Below, piece by piece: positions 36,095 through 42,392 of a stretch of DNA of 42,392 nucleotides. Below the pieces are notes generated by a model. That model was not told where the DNA came from. It did not search any database and was given only the letters and a program-made list of their open reading frames with translations. A program made the position numbers and the translations under genes. Origin of the DNA: Armatimonadota bacterium (GTDB taxonomy: Bacteria > Armatimonadota > UBA5829 > DTLH01); NCBI GenBank assembly GCA_039680575.1, contig JBDKSP010000042.1:1-42392 (forward strand). Direction: 5' to 3'. Numbering within the stretch: the stretch's first letter is position 1; the number at the start of each line of letters is the position of its first letter.

Positions 36095-36493
36095 TTAGTC
36101 TTTTCTCCAAGATGGCGGGTCGATTTTTCCAGCAAAAACGTTCAACCATGCTGAAGTGTGCTCGAACCTTCGGTCTACCGGCTTCTGTATGCGCTTCAAC
36201 TTCTTCAGCCTGCCCATGCGTTTTGCGCGTTGATAGATCATCCACCAGATGCAGTTCCTGTCAGGATAGACCTCGCAGCGCCCGTTCTCGCGCGTACCGC
36301 CGCAGGGACCGTTTCTCATCTGCTTGGGGCATCTCATCGGGCACGTAAACGCGGTATAGCCTAAAACACACTGGCCGCAGTCATGGCACTTGAATATCGG
36401 CTTCTTGACCACGTTCTCCGCAAGCACCGCGCAGGCATAAAGCCTCGGGTGACTCTCACAAAACAATGCTATCTTCTCACTTAGTTTGCTCAT
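36095..36493 (-). CDS. MTHFR_C domain Fe-S protein (MetV-like, short)
   Basis: CHDCGQC...CPMRCPKQMRNGPCGG...CEV....CIW. Confidence 0.88.
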   Translation of the reverse strand: MSKLSEKIALFCESHPRLYACAVLAENVVKKPIFKCHDCGQCVLGYTAFTCPMRCPKQMRNGPCGGTRENGRCEVYPDRNCIWWMIYQRAKRMGRLKKLKRIQKPVDRRFEHTSAWLNVFAGKIDPPSWRKD

Positions 36494-36502
36494 ATCCTGC
36501 TC

Positions 36503-37432
36503 TCAATCAGCCGACGGTCTCGGCAAAAGCCCTGCCTCTTCGACTATTCGGGGAGTTATCGACTCCCACATAACCGGCATCAGGTGAACACCCGCGACTC
36601 CCGGGATACTCTTCAGCTCTTTTACTATTTCAACGGCGATTTTCACACCTTCCTCCATAGAAGCTTCTTTTTCTTTTATGGATTCCATCCGTTTTATGTA
36701 ATCGGGCGATATTCGCATTCCCGGAACGTTATCTCTCATGTGATAAAGCGCTTTGACGCTTCTTACCGGCATTACGCCTGCCAGAATAAATACATCCTTG
36801 TCCATCCCCTCGTCTCGGACGGCATCCATCCATTTTTTGAACCTGGGGACATCGAACACAGGCTGAGTCTGGATAAAATCAACCCCGGCGGCTATTTTCT
36901 TTGCAAGGTTTAAGACGCGCATCTCGAACGGTTCACCGAACGGGTTTGCAGCGCCGCCGATGAACATCCTGGGCTCCTGTTTGATGTCATCGCCCGACAG
37001 AAACTTCTTTTCATCCCTCATCTTCTTCACCATGCTGATGAGCTGCGTCGAATCGAGGTCGAATACCGGCTTCGCATCAGGATGGTTGCCGAATTTCTGG
37101 TGGTCACCCGTAAGGCAGAGGATATTTTTGATGCCTACTGCGCCAGCCGCAAGGATGTCGGACTGGATGGCGAGCCGGTTTCTGTCGCGGCAGGTCATCT
37201 GTATAATCGGTTCGACCCCGCCGGAAAGGGCGAAGTGGCCTGACATCACGCTCGACATTCTCACAATCGCCGTCTGATTATCCGTTAGGTTCACTGCGTC
37301 CACATAGCCTTTGAAGTAGCCGCACTTCTTGGCTATGGGAGACGCATCCGCTGACTGAGGCGGACTCATCTCCCCGCAGACGACAAATTGACCTGCGCGA
37401 AGCAGGCGTTCCAGGTTGCTGTCACTTTTCAC
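36503..37432 (-). CDS. metF: Methylenetetrahydrofolate reductase (acetogen MetF-type)
   Basis: NLTDNQTAIVRMSS, QMTCRDRNRLAIQSD, LCLTGDHQKFGNHP, FIQTQ. GTG start. Confidence 0.95.
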   Translation of the reverse strand: MKSDSNLERLLRAGQFVVCGEMSPPQSADASPIAKKCGYFKGYVDAVNLTDNQTAIVRMSSVMSGHFALSGGVEPIIQMTCRDRNRLAIQSDILAAGAVGIKNILCLTGDHQKFGNHPDAKPVFDLDSTQLISMVKKMRDEKKFLSGDDIKQEPRMFIGGAANPFGEPFEMRVLNLAKKIAAGVDFIQTQPVFDVPRFKKWMDAVRDEGMDKDVFILAGVMPVRSVKALYHMRDNVPGMRISPDYIKRMESIKEKEASMEEGVKIAVEIVKELKSIPGVAGVHLMPVMWESITPRIVEEAGLLPRPSAD

Positions 37433-37486
37433 TGTACTATCCTCTTAAACGTAACAGAGCATTATTACATATTACTCTGAGTAAAT

Positions 37487-37675
37487 ACGTCATCCTGAAC
37501 TCGATTTCGTATTCGGGACCGCAGTTCGTCCCGAAGCACGACATACGCCAATTTCCGTATGCTGCGGGAATTGATTCTGTGCATATTACACAATTATCCT
37601 AAACCTGCCATTCCCGCAGCATACAATTGAATAAGCTTTTTCTGGATGCTGAGTCAAGCTCAGCATGACGTTGTG
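37487..37675. repeat. REP-like GTCA...TGAC element with nested palindrome and MITE-like element
   Basis: ACGTCATCCTGAACTCGATT ... CTGGATGCTGAGTCAAGCTCAGCATGACGT encloses a repeat at 37507-37541 and ATGCTGCGGGAAT...ATTCCCGCAGCAT at 37559-37622. Confidence 0.8.
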
Positions 37676-37695
37676 CCATTCCGAATGATGCTGTA

Positions 37696-39372
37696 TCAGA
37701 AAAGCCCAACGATGCTGCCATCGTCGTCCAAGCCGATCTTTTCGGCAGCCGGGACTTTGGGAAGGCCGGGCATGGTCATTATGTTTCCCGTATACATGAC
37801 TACGAACCCCGCGCCAGCCGATACTTTGGCATCCCTGACCGTAATTTCAAAATTCCTCGGCCTGCCGACAACGGAGGCGTCATCTGAAAGGGAATTCTGG
37901 GTCTTTGCAGAGCAGACCGGCAGGTTCCCTAGCCCCAGTTTTTCGATCTGAGCGATCTTTTTCTCCGCTTCCGATGTATAGATTACGCCATCCGCGCCGT
38001 AAACCTCTCGTGCGATTGTGTCCATCTTCTCTTTGAGGCTCATATCGAGCGGATAAAGCTGATGGAACTTCGACGGTTTCTCTTCGATAGTCTTCATAAC
38101 GAGTTTGGCAAGCTCGACTCCGCCCTTACCGCCCTCAGCCCAGACATCTGAGAGCGCTACGGAATATCCCTTGTCCTCGCAAAGCGCATGAAGTTTTGCG
38201 ACCTCTTCAGCGGAGTCCGCTGGGAACTTATTGATCGCAATAACCGGATTGAGGCCATGCGCTTCCATATTCTCGCAGTGTTTCCACAGGTTTTCGATCC
38301 CTCTTTCGAGCGCTTCGGGGTCCGAAACTGTCAGGGCGTCCTTCTTGACGCCGCCGTGCATCTTGAGCGCGCGGATTGTGGCAACGACCACGGCACAGGC
38401 CGGAGTAAGACCGGCTGTACGGCACTTGATGTTCAAGAACTTCTCGGCGCCGAGGTCCGAGCCGAATCCTGCCTCCGTGACGACGTAATCCGCAAGCTTG
38501 AGCGCCATTTTCGTCGCGATAACGGAGTTGCATCCGTGCGCGATGTTTCCAAACGGGCCGCCGTGTACGAAAGCGGGCGTACCTTCCAGTGTCTGAACAA
38601 GGTTCGGCTTTATGGCATCCTTGAGAAGCACAGCCATCGCGCCGGACGCCTTCAAATCGGCAGCGGTCACAGGCTTGCCGTCTTTGTCGAAGGCGACGAT
38701 TATCGAAGCGAGCCGCCTCTCCAAGTCCGCCACGTCATTGGAGAGGCAAAGAAGCGCCATAACCTCGGAAGCCGCCGTAATATCGAACCCGGTCTCCCTC
38801 GGGACTCCGCCGGTCTTCCCGCCGAGCCCGATCACGACGCTTCTCAGTGCTCGCTCGTTCAAGTCCATTACCCGTTTCCAGGTAATGGAATATTGGTCGA
38901 TCTTCAGTGGATTGCCCTGATAAAGCGAATTGTCCAGCATTGCAGCAAGCAGGTTATGCGCTGACGTAATTGCATGGAAATCGCCGGTGAAATGCAGGTT
39001 GATGTCTTCCATCGGAATGACCTGCGCGTATCCGCCTCCGGCTGCGCCGCCTTTCACTCCGAAACACGGGCCAAGGCTCGGCTCCCTTATGGCGATTGCG
39101 ACGGACTGGCCGATCTGCTTCAACGCATCTCCGAGGCCGACTGTAGTAGTGGTCTTCCCCTCACCCGCTGAAGTCGGGGTAATCGCTGTAACGAGGATCA
39201 ACTTGCCGTCCGGCCTGCCGCTCGTCTTTTTCATCACTTCGAGCGACACTTTTGCCTTATACCGGCCGTAAAGCTCTAAATCTTCATCCGCCAAGCCGAG
39301 TGATTTTGCTATATCGGTTACAGGCTTCGGCTTTGCAGCCTGCGCTATTTCTACATCTGTTAAGTATGCCAT
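37696..39372 (-). CDS. fhs: Formate--tetrahydrofolate ligase
   Basis: [56 protein letters not shown]. Confidence 0.99.
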   Translation of the reverse strand: MAYLTDVEIAQAAKPKPVTDIAKSLGLADEDLELYGRYKAKVSLEVMKKTSGRPDGKLILVTAITPTSAGEGKTTTTVGLGDALKQIGQSVAIAIREPSLGPCFGVKGGAAGGGYAQVIPMEDINLHFTGDFHAITSAHNLLAAMLDNSLYQGNPLKIDQYSITWKRVMDLNERALRSVVIGLGGKTGGVPRETGFDITAASEVMALLCLSNDVADLERRLASIIVAFDKDGKPVTAADLKASGAMAVLLKDAIKPNLVQTLEGTPAFVHGGPFGNIAHGCNSVIATKMALKLADYVVTEAGFGSDLGAEKFLNIKCRTAGLTPACAVVVATIRALKMHGGVKKDALTVSDPEALERGIENLWKHCENMEAHGLNPVIAINKFPADSAEEVAKLHALCEDKGYSVALSDVWAEGGKGGVELAKLVMKTIEEKPSKFHQLYPLDMSLKEKMDTIAREVYGADGVIYTSEAEKKIAQIEKLGLGNLPVCSAKTQNSLSDDASVVGRPRNFEITVRDAKVSAGAGFVVMYTGNIMTMPGLPKVPAAEKIGLDDDGSIVGLF

Positions 39373-39565
39373 AATGCTCCCTACGATCTTTTCGAATCAT
39401 TCGATTAGACAATAGCAGTTTATCAGCTACGCTGCAAACAGTCTTGAAGTTTGGTGGCATTATGTTGGGAATATCGTAGCAGGATGTGGTTGTTTGGTAG
39501 CTTTTTGGTAGTTTGGTGCTTTTGGAGCGGGGAAGCTGTCAGCCGTCAGCGGTCAGGTTTTCGAA

Positions 39566-39653
39566 ATGCTTCGTGCGCGTCTTTTGCGCCGAAGCCCAAC
39601 TTTCGGGATTAGTGGAAATTCGTGCTTCGGGACGAACTGCGGTCCCGAAGCAT
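39566..39653. repeat. Two dispersed palindromic repeat copies
   Basis: 39566-39605 is the reverse complement of 14737-14776. 39622-39653 is the reverse complement of the 27247/37507 repeat. Confidence 0.75.
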
Positions 39654-39706
39654 AAAGGCAGATGCTTTATGTCTACTCCATTCGCGTAATTCGCGTTTCA
39701 AAAAAA

Positions 39707-40855
39707 CTATCTGAACGTCCCATGCACGTGCAATCTGTATTCGCGTGGAGTATATCCCGTAGAGCGCTGGAAAACCTTGGTGAAGTAGCTCTGGTCCTTA
39801 AAACCGCAGTCAAACGCAATGTTGATGATGCTTTGGTCCGAAAATTTGAGAAGCTCCTTGCTCTTATCGACCCTCATCTGGGTGAGAATCTCCGTAAATG
39901 AGCGTCCGAGCTTTTCCTTCATAAGTCTGGAGAAGTGAGAAGGTGACATTCCGGCGGCAGCGGCGGCATCATCGCGTGAAATATCTTCCGACATATTGGC
40001 CTCCATATACTGGAGCGCCGCAGTCAGAAGGACGGTGTTCGGATAGGCGCGCTGTTCCCGTATGGAGTCCATAATCCGCTCCAGCATGGATACGAGCCAG
40101 GCTGAAAGATCGGCTTCGTCGGAAATAGACGAAAGATCGACCAGTTGGGAGAAGTTCGTGCCGAGAAGTTCCGACGGTTCGGCTCCCGCCTCTACAGCGG
40201 TCCTGCTCATCATAACTACGAGTTCAAGCAGGAAACTCTTTAGGAGGCTCGGCCTGTCCCTGCCGAGGTAGTAGATGCCGACCAGGATTCTATTGAGGAT
40301 TTCGCGCGCTTGAAGGCGGTCTCCACGCTTCACCGCGGCTAGCAGCTCAGGCTCCTCCCTCAGATAAATGTCGCGGATGGAGTCGTAACACTTGCTTTTC
40401 AGCTCGTGTATGGCTTCCGCACGCCTGGATTCGCGCTCGGATGCGAGCCTTCTAAGCTCAAGAAGCGCCGAATTCGTGAGGTTGGCTTCACCGGCAAGTT
40501 GAAGAAGCCGGTCTGCGGCCTGCCTGATCCGTTCCGCGCTCCATTCACCATCGGCGCAGTCGTCTATCGGAATCCCACCGGCTGCGATGCCGCCTGTCAC
40601 CTGCGCGTTGTTCATAACAGGAACAGCCCAGATGATACAGTTGCCGCAGCAGAGGTGTAGATAGGGCTCGCCCCATTTCAGAGTCTCTTCAACGGCCCGT
40701 AACCTGGCTTCGCGGCAGTGGGCTTCCGAAGTGGGGTTTACGCAGCATGGCTTGCCCTCGATGACTCTGCCCTCGCGGTCCGTGAAAGCCAAAGTCAACT
40801 GAAAATCTTTATAATACCGGTCTGCTATCCGGCTTAAGCTGGACAGGTCTTTCAT
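39707..40855 (-). CDS. AraC family regulator with PocR-like sensor domain
   Basis: N-terminal C...C....EPYLHLC...AVPV PocR-like pattern; C-terminal MSPSHFSRL...IAFDCGFKDQSYFTKVF..STGYTPREYR. Confidence 0.92.
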   Translation of the reverse strand: MKDLSSLSRIADRYYKDFQLTLAFTDREGRVIEGKPCCVNPTSEAHCREARLRAVEETLKWGEPYLHLCCGNCIIWAVPVMNNAQVTGGIAAGGIPIDDCADGEWSAERIRQAADRLLQLAGEANLTNSALLELRRLASERESRRAEAIHELKSKCYDSIRDIYLREEPELLAAVKRGDRLQAREILNRILVGIYYLGRDRPSLLKSFLLELVVMMSRTAVEAGAEPSELLGTNFSQLVDLSSISDEADLSAWLVSMLERIMDSIREQRAYPNTVLLTAALQYMEANMSEDISRDDAAAAAGMSPSHFSRLMKEKLGRSFTEILTQMRVDKSKELLKFSDQSIINIAFDCGFKDQSYFTKVFQRSTGYTPREYRLHVHGTFR

Positions 40856-40909
40856 TTGTAATCACGAGTGGATTAGATACCACCAGACGACTGACCTTCT
40901 AAAATAAAA

Positions 40910-41096
40910 TTGCCCCGCATGTGCCGTGTGCCTACCGAGTTTTTGAACCCTTTCATTAGAAGGGCGGGTGCCCGGGTCAGAGTCTCGCGATTCCCTCAAA
41001 AGAGGGCTCCCACTTGAAAACTGAACCTTTCGGACTCCCTAAGATTTGAGTGTCGGCTCAAAACTTCCTCGGCTAATCACGTACACCGCAGGGCAA
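40910..41096 (-). ncRNA. ssrS: 6S RNA
   Basis: About 187 nt. Ends pair (TTGCCCTGC / GCGGGGCAA). Contains Firmicutes-type 6S motifs TGAGCCGACA..., GGGAG, GGCACCCGCC, GGGTTCAAAA, CGGCAC. A promoter lies directly upstream. Confidence 0.8.
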
Positions 41097-41122
41097 ATAT
41101 TGCCGTGTGATTTTCCACCAAT

Positions 41123-41151
41123 ATGTTACCACATTTGGGATGGTATAACAA
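41123..41151 (-). promoter_or_regulatory. Putative sigma70 promoter of the 6S RNA
   Basis: Minus strand TTGTTA-N17-TAACAT with TG extension. Confidence 0.55.
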
Positions 41152-41157
41152 TAAAAT

Positions 41158-42192
41158 TTACGGCATCTTGAACTCGTACGTCCGGCTTTCTTCTTCTTTG
41201 ATCGAGAGCGTTTGAGGAGTTGCATCTTTCGGTAGCTCGAAACATAACCGCACAGTCACTTCTTCACCGGGTTTCAGGTCTCTATCCATCCCACGGTTGG
41301 CTGATGCCAGGAGCATGTCCTTGTAATTCAATTCTTCACCATCCGTAGAGAGCAGGACGGGAATGATCGAGTCCCAGCGGAGATAAGTTTTTTCAGGAGA
41401 CTTGTTCTTCACAAGAACCGTTACCGTAAAGTAATGAATACCCTCCTCCAGCTCTTCTCCGTTTATACCTTCTTCGAGGTAACCGGATTTCTGGACCGTA
41501 ATGCCGAAATTGATACAAGGATAGGTAGTCCCTGACTCACCCGGGACTGTCTCCAATGCCGTACAGCCGCTTGCGTCGGATGGGTCTGCCACATATTTCT
41601 TCAGCGGAGCCACTGCATTCTTGGGATTCTTGAGGTCGTAGCGAAGTATCGGACCGTCGCCGTCATAATCGGACATAACCATCAGCTTAGGGATAATTCC
41701 CTTGGCGGAAACCATAATCCCGGCATAGATGTCGGCCTTTTGCGCAGGCTTTAGATACATGACTAAACTGCCCTGATTCATCTCATCACCCCAGTCCGAT
41801 CCCATTTCATGGTTTATATTCATGGAATCGACAGCAGTAAACCTGAGAGAGTCCCAACGAATATACTGCTCATCTTTCAGAGGGTTTTGAACCGTAAAAT
41901 GCAGCACCAGCAGTTTCTCGTCGGCCTTCGGCGCATACAGACGGTCGCCTATAACCATCTGATCAGTAGTGTACTCGGCGCTTTTCAGCCTGAAGTAGAT
42001 CGGGTAGCCTTTTCTTATTGAATAAACTGTCCCGAATACGCCGTTGTCACCTGCAAGCATCACCGATTGTGCCTTAGCCTTGGCTGGTTTTGGTGCGGGC
42101 TTTGGTTTTGCCTTTGCCTTTGCCGCAAAAACAGCCACGCTCGAGCATAATAACAGCAAAACAGTGAGAGCAAATAGAGAATTCTTACGCAT
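41158..42192 (-). CDS. Secreted protein with two DUF4352-like Ig-fold repeats
   Basis: Signal peptide plus Lys/Pro linker; internal duplication (FTVQNP...YIRWDS...YLKPAQ / VLVKNK...YLRWDS...DLKPGE). Confidence 0.65.
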   Translation of the reverse strand: MRKNSLFALTVLLLLCSSVAVFAAKAKAKPKPAPKPAKAKAQSVMLAGDNGVFGTVYSIRKGYPIYFRLKSAEYTTDQMVIGDRLYAPKADEKLLVLHFTVQNPLKDEQYIRWDSLRFTAVDSMNINHEMGSDWGDEMNQGSLVMYLKPAQKADIYAGIMVSAKGIIPKLMVMSDYDGDGPILRYDLKNPKNAVAPLKKYVADPSDASGCTALETVPGESGTTYPCINFGITVQKSGYLEEGINGEELEEGIHYFTVTVLVKNKSPEKTYLRWDSIIPVLLSTDGEELNYKDMLLASANRGMDRDLKPGEEVTVRLCFELPKDATPQTLSIKEEESRTYEFKMP

Positions 42193-42267
42193 GTGTTACA
42201 CCCCCAATAATATGTACGAAGCCATGAAGCCATTATAGCGGGTAAGCACGTGCGAATCAATCTTCCG

Positions 42268-42331
42268 CGTTGCCTCATCAAAAATCGTACCGAAAGTGAA
42301 TCGTTGCCTCATTTAAGAATCGTACCGAAAG
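42268..42331. repeat. Tandem direct repeat, 2 copies, 34-nt period
   Basis: CGTTGCCTCATCAAAAATCGTACCGAAAG and CGTTGCCTCATTTAAGAATCGTACCGAAAG. Confidence 0.8.
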
Positions 42332-42392
42332 GTTGATATGCCGATGCTGTTTTTGTAGGAGGAAACGCATCGATGACCCAGCAAGCAAAGGA

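Noticed and set aside
38188..38964. 258-aa plus-strand ORF and similar long antisense ORFs (e.g. 25197-25814, 35458-36081)
   Set aside because: They lie opposite well-supported genes and are expected from codon bias.
39372..39706. THF or ZTP riboswitch upstream of fhs
   Set aside because: Consensus elements could not be found; the hairpins are dispersed repeats also present elsewhere in the window.

Overview
Bacterial chromosomal window, mostly housekeeping. Its gene mix (DUF1559-type pseudopilin, DUF5666, ADP-ribosylglycohydrolase, Gram-positive-type SOS boxes) suggests Armatimonadota or a related Terrabacteria lineage; this is inference only. From left to right: the 5' end of a group IIC intron inserted behind a terminator; an SOS-boxed recA plus a Rad52/Sak-like gene; a nuoHIJKLMN membrane-arm operon; a ~3.6 kb accessory array; queG; a convergent aspA-nuoB-nuoCD-nuoG-nuoI2-glycosyltransferase-lipA operon; DUF5666-pfkA-ADP-ribosylglycohydrolase; a four-gene signalling cluster; a DUF1559-like gene; a folate C1 module (fhs, metF, MetV-like, pterin-binding methyltransferase) with a PocR/AraC regulator; a 6S RNA; and a secreted protein. 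The accessory array (sdpR/sdpI-like, nucleoside phosphorylase, DUF3795, YdeI) is the most unusual feature. It is cut into ~1.0-1.2 kb units by repeated sites made of a tRNA-Asn-like 3' end, a hairpin and a sigma70 promoter. No integrase or intact tRNA lies nearby, and the right anchor is inside the queG 3' end. Several intergenic regions are mosaics of nested palindromic repeats or MITEs. All calls come from reading the sequence and motifs; no database searches were run.
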